NCBI GenBank assembly: GCA_036771295.1
Contig: DAIPHP010000001.1
Location: 648 to 64,647, forward strand
DNA from: Ilumatobacteraceae bacterium
Lineage (GTDB): Bacteria; Actinomycetota; Acidimicrobiia; Acidimicrobiales; Ilumatobacteraceae
DNA: 64,000 bases
Direction of reading: 5' to 3'
The notes under the pieces were generated by a model, which did not search any database, had not been told where the DNA came from, and was given only the letters and a program-made list of their open reading frames with translations. The translations under genes were made by a program, and so were the position numbers. Shown in pieces: positions 38,838 to 47,838 of the stretch (positions are counted from its first letter, which is position 1; each line of letters starts with the position of its first letter).

Positions 38838-41165
38838 TTACGGCCGTCTGGTGCGGGGCCACGGTCCGATGTCGTTGATGGCGGCGACGGTGCTTGCCAT
38901 CGACTCTGGCGGCACCGGGTGGCTGATGAGATAACCCTGTGCTTTCAGGCAGCGCATGTCGCTCAGCGCCTGCAGCTGACGCACGCTTTCGACGCCCTCT
39001 GCGACCATGTCGAGACTCATCGACTCGCACATGGCGATGATGGTGCGAACCAACGCCCGCGCGTCATCGTCGTCTGCCACCCCGTGTACGAAGGTTCGGT
39101 CGATCTTGAGTCGATGGATGGGAAACCTCTGCAACAGCGACAGCGACGAATAGCCGGTGCCGAAATCGTCGATCGCAACTCGAACCCCGAGTTCGCCGAG
39201 CTTCGTCAACGCGGCGAGCGCTTGGTCGGGTTGGGCGATCATGACGCCTTCTGTGACCTCGAGCCACAGTTGCTTTGCGGGCACATGGGCCCGGGTGAGA
39301 GCTTCGCTCACGACGTTCACGAAGTTCGGGTCGCTCAACTGGCGCGGCGAGACGTTGACCGCCATGGTGGCGTCGCGCGGGCAGACGCCTGCCGCGATCC
39401 ATTCGCTCAGATGAGTGAGAGCCTCGAGCAGCGCCCACGAACCGATCGGAACGATGATTCCGGTCTCTTCGGCGATCGGAATGAATTCGGCGGGGGAGAC
39501 CGTTCCGCCGTCATCGCGATCCCAGCGCATGAGAGCTTCGAAGCCGACCACTTCGCCGAGCGCGACGTCGATGATCGGCTGGTGGACGAGTCGTAACTCT
39601 CGTCGCTCGAGCGCGCGGTAAAGCGCGGTTTCGACGGCGAGTCGCTGTGTGACGCTGGCGAGCATCGACTCGTCGAAGATCGCCACACAATTGCGCCCTG
39701 ACTCCTTGGCGCGGTACATCGCGGTATCCGCGTGCCGCAGCAAGTCGTCGCCGCTGTTGGTGACCGAGGGCCGGTACGTGGAAACACCGATGCTCGCAGA
39801 AACGAAGACGTCGCCTTGTCGTAGGGCGAGAGGCTCGTGGAACGACTCGAGCACTCGGTCGGCGAGCACCATGGCTTCGCCCGGACCCTTCGATTGGGGA
39901 TCCAATACGACGAATTCATCGCCCGCGATACGACCGACCACGCAGTGGCTGGGCAGCACCATGCGCAGACGTTCGGCGACGGCGATCAAGACGTCGTCAC
40001 CGGCGGAATGCCCGAGACTGTCGTTGATGTTCTTGAATCGGTCGACGTCGATGAAGAGCACCGTCGGTTGCCGGTCGTCGCGCCATGCCGTGCGCAATGC
40101 GGTCTCGACGTGCTCCAACATCAGGCTGCGATTCGGCAACCCGGTGAGGGCGTCGGTTTGTGCGCTGTTGATGAGGCGGGCCTGCAATTGGGCGTTCGAA
40201 CGAACCGAGAGCACCACGCGCGTGAGCACAGCGAGAGCCAGGACCATGAGGGACGTACTGCGCACGAAGCGATCCTGCGTGTCGACCGCGTCGGTAGCGG
40301 CGAACACGGCGATCGGTACCACGAGCCCGGCAGTCACCAGAACCAGACGACCCGCGATCGGTCTCGAGGAGCGATGTGCACCCTGAGCGGTGAGTTGACG
40401 GGCTCCGGGATGCAGCAGGGTCGCGGCGGCAGCGCACAAAGCCAACACGTACGGCGCATTGCGAGATGCCAAAGAGACATCGACGTTCGACGAATTGTGC
40501 AATGCCCACAGCACGTCGCCCAGCAACGACGACACGATCGCGGTGCTCGCCAGCCAGACCACCGTGCCGTTGTCCGAGTCGCCGAGGAGCAGCGTGGCGA
40601 GCAAGAACAGCACGATGGCCGAAAGCGAGAACGTGATGCCGCGCAGCAGCACGACCGCTGGTTCGTCGCTGGATGTCTCGAACAACGCGCGCACGACGGC
40701 GATCCACATCACCAGCCATGCGCCAAGAGCGAGAATCGAGGCGTCGGCCAGAATGCTCAACGGCTCGCGCCCGATTCGTCGCTGCACGACGATGAGCAGA
40801 CCGATGATCAGTGTCACCTGGACCACCAAAAACAACGCTTCGGCCACCACGTGCTCCGTCAAGCTGCGCGAGGCATCGGACAGCGTCTGCCCCGAGACGA
40901 CCGCCGCTGCGATGACGATGAAACCGATGAGAATCCTCCGGTCAAGCGTGTTCCAGCGGGCGGAGGCGATCGTGGCGACGAGCACAACCGCGGCGGCCAG
41001 GCCATAGAAGAGGTCGCCGGCCTGCTCATTCTGGGTCGCAACTTGCACGACAACGAGCACAACTCCGAGGCTGAGAATCGACCACGAAGCCCGTTCCAGC
41101 GTGCGTTCCGTCACGCGAACATCACCGTGACCACCGTAGTAAATCCGCCATTCAGCGACTCGCAT
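38838..41165 (-). CDS. Membrane-bound GGDEF-EAL (diguanylate cyclase/phosphodiesterase) protein
   Basis: About 10 TM N-terminal domain. The GGDEF domain has an AGDEF variant (GRIAGDEFVV). EAL domain motifs: EALMRW, DDFGTGYSSL, EGVE, KAQGY. Confidence 0.92.
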   Translation of the reverse strand: MRVAEWRIYYGGHGDVRVTERTLERASWSILSLGVVLVVVQVATQNEQAGDLFYGLAAAVVLVATIASARWNTLDRRILIGFIVIAAAVVSGQTLSDASRSLTEHVVAEALFLVVQVTLIIGLLIVVQRRIGREPLSILADASILALGAWLVMWIAVVRALFETSSDEPAVVLLRGITFSLSAIVLFLLATLLLGDSDNGTVVWLASTAIVSSLLGDVLWALHNSSNVDVSLASRNAPYVLALCAAAATLLHPGARQLTAQGAHRSSRPIAGRLVLVTAGLVVPIAVFAATDAVDTQDRFVRSTSLMVLALAVLTRVVLSVRSNAQLQARLINSAQTDALTGLPNRSLMLEHVETALRTAWRDDRQPTVLFIDVDRFKNINDSLGHSAGDDVLIAVAERLRMVLPSHCVVGRIAGDEFVVLDPQSKGPGEAMVLADRVLESFHEPLALRQGDVFVSASIGVSTYRPSVTNSGDDLLRHADTAMYRAKESGRNCVAIFDESMLASVTQRLAVETALYRALERRELRLVHQPIIDVALGEVVGFEALMRWDRDDGGTVSPAEFIPIAEETGIIVPIGSWALLEALTHLSEWIAAGVCPRDATMAVNVSPRQLSDPNFVNVVSEALTRAHVPAKQLWLEVTEGVMIAQPDQALAALTKLGELGVRVAIDDFGTGYSSLSLLQRFPIHRLKIDRTFVHGVADDDDARALVRTIIAMCESMSLDMVAEGVESVRQLQALSDMRCLKAQGYLISHPVPPESMASTVAAINDIGPWPRTRRP

Positions 41166-41201
41166 TCGGTACGTTGTTTACGGGCGGAGGTCAACGACCT
41201 C

Positions 41202-41217
41202 GGGTGACGAGTCACCC
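41202..41217. promoter_or_regulatory. Perfect palindrome GGGTGAC-GA-GTCACCC in a divergent promoter region
   Basis: 7+7 bp inverted repeat 15 nt upstream of the ATG at 41232. A second palindrome, AGGTC-AAC-GACCT, lies at 41188-41200. Confidence 0.3.
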
Positions 41218-41231
41218 TGCACTGGAGCCGC

Positions 41232-41840
41232 ATGTTCATCACACGCCACACGCGCCTTGGCGATGCCGATCTGCGTGATCGGTTGTGGGAGTTCTACCGT
41301 CGTGCCTACGCCAACAACCCGTTGCACCCATTCACGGAGCTCGTCAACCGGTCAGAGTTCGACGAATGCTTGCTCAATTCCACGAACCGCGTGTGGGTGG
41401 TGTGGGATGGTGACCGCCCCGTAGTGATGACGCTGATCGCGACGGACATAACGTCGACCCGATGGCTGAATCCTGATTACTTCAAACGCAACCACGCCGA
41501 GCGCATGCGCAAGGGTCTCGTGCACTACGTGATGTGGGTCGTCGTCGACTCCGACGTGGAGATTCGCGGGGCGAACATCGCCCTCGCGAAAGAAGCGCTG
41601 GCGGCTGAGGCACGGGATGGCGCACTGCTCGTCTTTGATCTGCCGGAATCACACCAACCGACTGACGAGCGCGGAGCGGCAGAGCTGATGCTGCGCATGG
41701 CGCGTATCGTCGGCGAAGTGCAGCTCGTGCCGCTCTCCAGCCAACGTTTCTTTGCCCTTGATTTCACGCGTGCTTTGCGGGACGACGAACGTGGCGACGG
41801 GGATAACCTGAAGGAGGTTATGAGTACCCCTGCGACATGA
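41232..41840 (+). CDS. Hypothetical protein (possible degenerate GNAT-like fold)
   Basis: 202-aa ORF whose stop overlaps the phoH ATG (ATGA). The beta-alpha pattern VWVVWDGDRPVVMTLIA...HYVMWVVVDSDVEIRGANIALAKEA is GNAT-like but lacks a clean acetyl-CoA loop. Confidence 0.5.
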   Translation: MFITRHTRLGDADLRDRLWEFYRRAYANNPLHPFTELVNRSEFDECLLNSTNRVWVVWDGDRPVVMTLIATDITSTRWLNPDYFKRNHAERMRKGLVHYVMWVVVDSDVEIRGANIALAKEALAAEARDGALLVFDLPESHQPTDERGAAELMLRMARIVGEVQLVPLSSQRFFALDFTRALRDDERGDGDNLKEVMSTPAT

Positions 41841-42826
41841 GCGTCGCTTCGGCTACCACCACCGTCGTCGTGCCCGGCGCACACCTGATGTCGGCTCTCC
41901 TTGGTGAGCGCGACGAGCTTCTCCGCTTGGTTGAGCAATCGTTCGGGCGCACTCTGATCACGGTCCGCGGCAATGAGATTTCGGCGTCAGGCGAGGAAGC
42001 AGAGATCGTCGGGAAGCTCTTCGAGGAGCTGTCTGAGTTGTTGCAACGAGGCGAGCACCTGGATGCAGTGGTGCTGAAACGCGTGATCGACATGGTTCGT
42101 GCAGACGTGAGCCCGAGTTCGGTGCTCACGGCCGACATCGTGAAAGTGGGGCAGAGTCGACCGGTTCGCGCAAAGACCGCCGGCCAGCGCAGGTACGTGG
42201 ATGCGATCGCCCAGCACGTCATTACGTTCGCGTTGGGGCCGGCGGGAACCGGAAAGAGCTGGCTCGCGGTGGCGATGGCAGTGCAAGCACTGCACGCAAA
42301 GACCGTCAATCGCATCATTCTCACGCGTCCGGCCGTCGAGGCGGGCGAGCGACTGGGGTTCTTGCCCGGCGATCTCATGGCGAAGATCGACCCGTACCTG
42401 CGTCCGCTCTACGACGCGCTGCACGACATGGTGGGTGCCGAGCACGCACAGAAATACCTTGAACGGGGAGTGGTGGAAGTGGCACCGCTCGCATTCATGC
42501 GCGGGCGAACCTTGAACAACAGCTTCATCATTCTCGACGAAGCACAAAACACGACACCCGAGCAGATGAAGATGTTCCTCACGCGCATCGGGTTCGGTTC
42601 GAAAGTCGTCGTCACCGGCGACACGACCCAGGTAGACGTACCGGATGGACGCAGCGGACTCGCCGGTTTGGAGAGGGTGCTGACCGGCATCGAAGGACTC
42701 ACGTTCGTGCATCTCGACTACGGCGACGTCGTCCGGCACAAGATCGTCGCCGACATCGTCGCGGCGTACGAACGCTCGGGCGAGCAGGCAGCGGCACGAA
42801 TCCGTGCCGGCAAGCGCCGTGATTGA
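41837..42826 (+). CDS. phoH: PhoH family ATPase
   Basis: Walker A GPAGTGKSWLAVA, GFLPGDL, IILDEAQN. Confidence 0.93.
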   Translation: MSVASATTTVVVPGAHLMSALLGERDELLRLVEQSFGRTLITVRGNEISASGEEAEIVGKLFEELSELLQRGEHLDAVVLKRVIDMVRADVSPSSVLTADIVKVGQSRPVRAKTAGQRRYVDAIAQHVITFALGPAGTGKSWLAVAMAVQALHAKTVNRIILTRPAVEAGERLGFLPGDLMAKIDPYLRPLYDALHDMVGAEHAQKYLERGVVEVAPLAFMRGRTLNNSFIILDEAQNTTPEQMKMFLTRIGFGSKVVVTGDTTQVDVPDGRSGLAGLERVLTGIEGLTFVHLDYGDVVRHKIVADIVAAYERSGEQAAARIRAGKRRD

Positions 42827-42872
42827 TCGCCCCCGCTCATCTGCTCCGCGCCGCGTTGGTGGCGACGGATCG

Positions 42873-43403
42873 GTGGAAGTGTTCGTGACGAACGAACAGA
42901 CGGATGTGGAGCTTGACCTGACCCGCTGGCAGCAACTTGCCTCTGGCGTGCTGCAGGCCGAAGGCGTGCGCGGACAGTCCGAGATGGCACTGCTCTTCGT
43001 GTCGCGTGCCGCAATCGCGGAGATGAATCGTGTGCATATGGGCAGCGACTCTCCGACGGATGTTCTCGCGTTCCCGATCGACCTGGCGGACAACTCGAGG
43101 GCGGCCGGTCCCACGGCGCGGTCGTCCACGCCGGTCATCGCCCGCACCGAGCCGGGCGAACTGCCGCTGCTCGTCGGTGACGTCGTGGTGTGCCCCGCAG
43201 TTGCGAACGACCAGGCTCACTCGCACGCAGGCACGTTGGACGACGAGCTCGCACTTCTCGTGACGCACGGCGTGCTGCACGTGCTGGGCTACGACCATGA
43301 CAATGAGGCGAACGCCTCCCGCATGAGAACTCGCGAGAAAGACTTGCTTGAGCAACTGCACTGGCGCGGGGCCGCGCCCGCGGTTTTCACGCAGGGATAC
43401 TGA
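42873..43403 (+). CDS. ybeY: rRNA maturation RNase YbeY
   Basis: Zinc motif HGVLHVLGYDH. The start is uncertain: GTG at 42873 is preferred, and the track start at 42804 overlaps phoH. Confidence 0.88.
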   Translation: MEVFVTNEQTDVELDLTRWQQLASGVLQAEGVRGQSEMALLFVSRAAIAEMNRVHMGSDSPTDVLAFPIDLADNSRAAGPTARSSTPVIARTEPGELPLLVGDVVVCPAVANDQAHSHAGTLDDELALLVTHGVLHVLGYDHDNEANASRMRTREKDLLEQLHWRGAAPAVFTQGY

Positions 43404-43407
43404 GATC

Positions 43408-44709
43408 ATGGCGCTCACCGCAGTGACTCTGACGACCGCCGACGTATGGATCCTGGTCGGTATCGGCGTGCTTCTTGTCGTGCTCACCCTGCTTGCGCTA
43501 GCCGAGATGTCGCTGTCGCGAATCACGAAACAGAAGGCCGAGGCGTTGCAACAAGAGGGTCACAAGCGCGGGGCGATGCTCGTTCGACTCGCCAGCGAAC
43601 CCACGAAGTGGGTGAATCCGCTGTTGCTGACCGTCAACATTCTCCAGACGGTGCAAGCGACGCTCACGGGCGTGGTCTCTAACCGACTGTTCGGTGCTCC
43701 GGGCGTCGTGATCGGTGTCGCGCTCAACGTGCTGCTGTTCTTCGTTCTCGCCGAGGCGGTGCCGAAGACCTATGCCGTGCTGTACTCCGTCCGGGGAGCG
43801 ACGATGACCGCGCCGCTCGTTTCTGCTCTCACGGCGTTCTGGCCGCTTCGAGTGGCGTCGAACGCGCTGATACGTGTCACCAACCTCATCGTGAAGGGTC
43901 GCGATCTCGAGCAGGGTCCGTTCATCAGCGAAACCGAGTTCCTTGGAATCGTCGAGGCCGCAGCAAAGGACTCCGTCATCGAAGTCGAGGAGCAGGAACT
44001 CATCGAATCCGTCATCGAATTCGGCGACACGGTGGTGCGCGAGATCATGCAGTCGCGCGGCAACGTCGTGACGGTGCAAGACACCGAGACGGTTTCGCAA
44101 GCCCTAGAAATCGCGCTCGAACATCAGTTCAGCCGCATGCCGGTGATCCGAACCGATGACGACGACATCGACGACGTGGCAGGCACCGTCAACACCAAGG
44201 ATTTGATGAGGCTTGAACGTGAGGGCAAGGGCGGCATCCGCGTGAGCGAGATCATGCGTGAAGCCCACGTGGTGCCGGAGGGCAAGTCAGTGGCAGAACT
44301 CATGCGCGAGATGCAAAGGTCGCAGTTCCACCTCACGATCGTCGCCGATGAGTACGGCGCGTTCAGCGGCATCGTCACGCTAGAGGACTGTCTCGAGGAG
44401 TTGGTCGGCGAGATCGGCGACGAACACGACGACGCCGACTCGAGATTCCGCCCGCAAGCTAACGGTGTCTTCCTCATCGAAGGCGCCGTCAGCTTGGACG
44501 ACGTCAATGCGCGACTCGGCACGAAGATCTCCCACGAGGAGTACGACACGATCGGCGGATATTTGTTCGGTCTGATCGGCCGTATGCCGCGGATCGGCGA
44601 CAGTGTCACCGAGAACGGTTTCAGGCTTTCGGTGGAGGAACTCGACGGTCGGCGTATCGAGCTGGTTCGCTTCGTTCCCGAAGCGGAAACGGTCAGTGCC
44701 GAAGGCTAG
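43408..44709 (+). CDS. Hemolysin-family/CNNM transporter (DUF21-CBS pair-CorC_HlyC)
   Basis: N-terminal TM DUF21 region, CBS pair, and C-terminal transporter-associated domain (FLIEGAVSLDDVN...DTIGGYLF). ATG at 43408. Confidence 0.88.
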   Translation: MALTAVTLTTADVWILVGIGVLLVVLTLLALAEMSLSRITKQKAEALQQEGHKRGAMLVRLASEPTKWVNPLLLTVNILQTVQATLTGVVSNRLFGAPGVVIGVALNVLLFFVLAEAVPKTYAVLYSVRGATMTAPLVSALTAFWPLRVASNALIRVTNLIVKGRDLEQGPFISETEFLGIVEAAAKDSVIEVEEQELIESVIEFGDTVVREIMQSRGNVVTVQDTETVSQALEIALEHQFSRMPVIRTDDDDIDDVAGTVNTKDLMRLEREGKGGIRVSEIMREAHVVPEGKSVAELMREMQRSQFHLTIVADEYGAFSGIVTLEDCLEELVGEIGDEHDDADSRFRPQANGVFLIEGAVSLDDVNARLGTKISHEEYDTIGGYLFGLIGRMPRIGDSVTENGFRLSVEELDGRRIELVRFVPEAETVSAEG

Positions 44710-44719
44710 GGTTCCCCAC

Positions 44720-45469
44720 ATGGAAGTCTCGCTCAAAGGAAAAGTCGCGCTCGTCACCGGGGCCTCGCGCGGAATCGGCAAAGCCATCGCCGCGCAGTTC
44801 GCTGCTGCCGGCGCAAAAGTCATGATCACATCCCGCAAGGAAGACGCGTTGCGTGCAGCGGCCAAGGAGATGGTCGGTGAAGTGGAGATCTTCGCAGCGA
44901 ACGCCGGCGACGTGAGCGCGGGCCAAGCCTGTGTGTCGGCGACTATCGAGCGATTCGGCGGTCTTGACATTCTCGTGAACAACGCCGCGACGAACCCCTA
45001 CATGGGGCCGACGCTCGAGATCGACGAGTCGCGCTACGACAAGACGTTCCAGGTCAACCTGCGCGGACCGCTCTTCTGGTGCAAGGCGGCGTGGGAAGCG
45101 CACCTGAAGACGCATCCGGGAGTCATCATCAACATCGCGTCGGTCGGTGGCTTGCGCGCAGAGGGCTACCTCGGCGTTTACAACCTGACGAAAGCGGCGC
45201 TCATCCACATGACGCGTCAATTGGCGGGCGAACTCGGGCCGACCCGCGTCGTGGGCATCGCGCCTGGTCTGGTGAAGACCGACTTCGCGGCAGTGTTGGT
45301 CGACAACTTCGGCGAGCGTTTGGCCGGTCAGTTGCCGACGAAGCGCCTCGGCGAACCGGACGACATCGCGAACCTGGCGTTGTTCCTCGCCTCGGACAAG
45401 GCCAGTTGGATCACTGGAGAGACTTACGTGATCGACGGCGGTGCGGGAGTCCGCTCCGGCGCCATATAG
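44720..45469 (+). CDS. SDR family oxidoreductase
   Basis: TGASRGIGKA, NNAA, YxxxK (YNLTKAA), ITGETYVIDGG. Confidence 0.9.
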   Translation: MEVSLKGKVALVTGASRGIGKAIAAQFAAAGAKVMITSRKEDALRAAAKEMVGEVEIFAANAGDVSAGQACVSATIERFGGLDILVNNAATNPYMGPTLEIDESRYDKTFQVNLRGPLFWCKAAWEAHLKTHPGVIINIASVGGLRAEGYLGVYNLTKAALIHMTRQLAGELGPTRVVGIAPGLVKTDFAAVLVDNFGERLAGQLPTKRLGEPDDIANLALFLASDKASWITGETYVIDGGAGVRSGAI

Positions 45470-46686
45470 ATTCTCGCGTTGCGCAACAGACGCGGCGCAC
45501 CGAAGAGCAACACCACACCGAGAGTGACGGCCGATGCCAGATAAGTCGCGCGCAGGCCAAAGTGGAACGCGATCTGTCCGCCGATCAGCGCGCCGATGGC
45601 CGAAGTGCCCGTCCCCAAGAACCGGTAGACGCTGTTCACCCGGCCGAACAACTCGGCTGGAATGAGACGCTGTCGCAGGCTGACGGTGAGCACGTTCCAC
45701 ACCGTGCCGAAGACGGCCATCAGGACGCCGGCGACCAGAACGGACCACACTTGCGGGAAGGCCCACGGCAGCAGCTCGAGCGACGCGAACATCACGTAAG
45801 CCAGCACGATCGCCGCCGACTGCCCCAGACGGCGGGCGATCCGACTGCCGACGAGGCCGCCAATGATCGATCCGACTGCTGATGCCGACAGCAACAGCCC
45901 GAACCCTCGGGGTCCGAGGCCGAGTTCGTCGCGAACGTACTTGGCGAAGATCGACTGGGCGAACATGTGGCACATGTTCGCCGCACCGAGCATCAACGCG
46001 AGCAACCGGAGCAGCGGATGTTTCCACAGCCACACGATTCCCGTGCGCAACTCGGCGATGAAGTCGGCGCGTACGGTCTGTGCCGCCGAGCTCGGGGGAG
46101 TTCGGCGTATTGAGGCGATCAGATAGGCGGCGAGCGCGAGGGCGAGCGCCTGTATCCCGAACGGTGCAGATGCCGCCACCACGAAGAGCCACGCTCCGAA
46201 CGGCAGCCCGACGAACGAATTCGCCGCTACCTCCGCGGCATAGAGCCGCCCGTTCGCTCGCTCGAGTTGGTCGGGGTCCACGATGGCAGGCAGGAACGCT
46301 TGAGACGACATGTCGAACATGACTTCGGCGACGGCGAGGCACAGCACCACCAGAAGCAGCAGCCAGATGTTGATCTGGTTCGACAGCACGAGAGCGGCAA
46401 GCAACGCGAATAGCGCCGCGCGCGCAAAATTGGCCGTGGCCATGATCGTGCGTCGTTGGTGCCGATCAATGAAGACACCGGCAGGAAGCGTGAGCACCAG
46501 CCACGGCAACATCGACGCGAAACTGACTGCGCTCAGCATGCGCGGATCATCCGTGAGAGTCAGGGCCAAGAGCGGTGCAGCGGCTGCGACCATGCCGTCA
46601 CCAAGGTTCGACGCGGTAGATGCACTGAAGAGACGCCAGAAGGCTCCGCCGAGCGGTGACTTGACGGATCGTGGCGTGGCGTTCAC
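45424..46686 (-). CDS. MFS transporter (EntS-like)
   Basis: About 12 TM. FWRLFSASTASNLGDGM and PAGVFIDRHQRR motifs. The GTG at 46686 overlaps the menE stop (GTGA). Confidence 0.8.
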   Translation of the reverse strand: MNATPRSVKSPLGGAFWRLFSASTASNLGDGMVAAAAPLLALTLTDDPRMLSAVSFASMLPWLVLTLPAGVFIDRHQRRTIMATANFARAALFALLAALVLSNQINIWLLLLVVLCLAVAEVMFDMSSQAFLPAIVDPDQLERANGRLYAAEVAANSFVGLPFGAWLFVVAASAPFGIQALALALAAYLIASIRRTPPSSAAQTVRADFIAELRTGIVWLWKHPLLRLLALMLGAANMCHMFAQSIFAKYVRDELGLGPRGFGLLLSASAVGSIIGGLVGSRIARRLGQSAAIVLAYVMFASLELLPWAFPQVWSVLVAGVLMAVFGTVWNVLTVSLRQRLIPAELFGRVNSVYRFLGTGTSAIGALIGGQIAFHFGLRATYLASAVTLGVVLLFGAPRLLRNARIYMAPERTPAPPSIT

Positions 46687-47819
46687 GACGGCAGCTCGGA
46701 GGTGAGCACTTTGCCGATGGCAGAACGCGGAATGTCCTCGACGAGCACGAGACGGCGGGGTGCGCAGTACTCGGCGAGCGATTCCTTCACGTGGCCGCGG
46801 AGCATGTCGAGTGTCGGGGCGTGCGTGCGCGTCCGTGGCACCGCCCACGCGCATACGAGCGAACCCCACTCTGCGTCGGGCACTCCACGAACGACGACGT
46901 CGGCGACAAGCGGATGCTCGCGCAGTCGCTGCTCCACCACGTGGGGCCACACCTTGTACCCGCCGGTGATGATCATGTCGTCACCACGCCCCTCGACCAC
47001 GAGTCGCCCGTCTCTGTGCTGCCCCAGATCCCCGGTTCGCAGCCATCCGTCAGACAGGTTCAACGGTCCGTGGCGGTACGAACGAGCAATCGTCGGGCTT
47101 TGCAACTGGATCTCGCCTTCGACGACGCGAAAGTCGACGCCTGCGAGCGGAACACCGTCGTAGACGACCCCGCCGCAGGACTCAGTAAGACCGTAGGTAG
47201 AGACGGCGTTCTCGGGAAGTGAAGCGCTGCGCGAGCCACCAACGAGCACTGTGGTGAAGGCTTTGAAGTCGTGTCGGGCGAGCAGGGTTGGCACCACCGA
47301 AGTGCGGTTGGCACCTCGTGAAACGGCTTCGGCGATCGCGCTGTCGTCCACAGACGGGGCAACGGTGAGCCGTGACCCGAAGTGCATCGCTCGCGACACC
47401 ACGCCGAAGCCGCCGATGTGTGCGGGCGGAAGGCACAGCCACCAGTGATCCTCGGCCGACAGCCCGAGACGTTCGCCGACGACCACGGCGTGCGCGCGCA
47501 AGGACGCGTGGGTATGGATCACGCCTTTCGGACGACCGGACGTGCCGCTCGTTGCGATGACGATGGCATCGTCGGGCTGTAGCGCCACCAAGTCATTTGT
47601 CTGGTCTGTCACCTTGTCACGACCGCTGATTCCCACGATCTCGTCAGCACCCAACTCGGCCGCAAGGCGACGTCGCGTGCCAGCCGGCATTCGCTGGTCA
47701 AGCGGAAGGGCGACATGACCGTGCGACCAAGCGTCGCGCAATGCCGCAAGAAAGGAGTCGCCTGCGGGCAGGTCGAGTGCGACCAGTCGCGTCACAGTGG
47801 TCACGCTATTGCGAGGCAA
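46683..47819 (-). CDS. menE: o-Succinylbenzoate--CoA ligase
   Basis: Short AMP-binding enzyme (TSGTSGRPKG, YGLTES, GDLG...GRLVVEGR) inside the men cluster. Confidence 0.75.
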   Translation of the reverse strand: MPRNSVTTVTRLVALDLPAGDSFLAALRDAWSHGHVALPLDQRMPAGTRRRLAAELGADEIVGISGRDKVTDQTNDLVALQPDDAIVIATSGTSGRPKGVIHTHASLRAHAVVVGERLGLSAEDHWWLCLPPAHIGGFGVVSRAMHFGSRLTVAPSVDDSAIAEAVSRGANRTSVVPTLLARHDFKAFTTVLVGGSRSASLPENAVSTYGLTESCGGVVYDGVPLAGVDFRVVEGEIQLQSPTIARSYRHGPLNLSDGWLRTGDLGQHRDGRLVVEGRGDDMIITGGYKVWPHVVEQRLREHPLVADVVVRGVPDAEWGSLVCAWAVPRTRTHAPTLDMLRGHVKESLAEYCAPRRLVLVEDIPRSAIGKVLTSELPS

Positions 47820-47838
47820 GCACTATCGTGCGTGAGCG

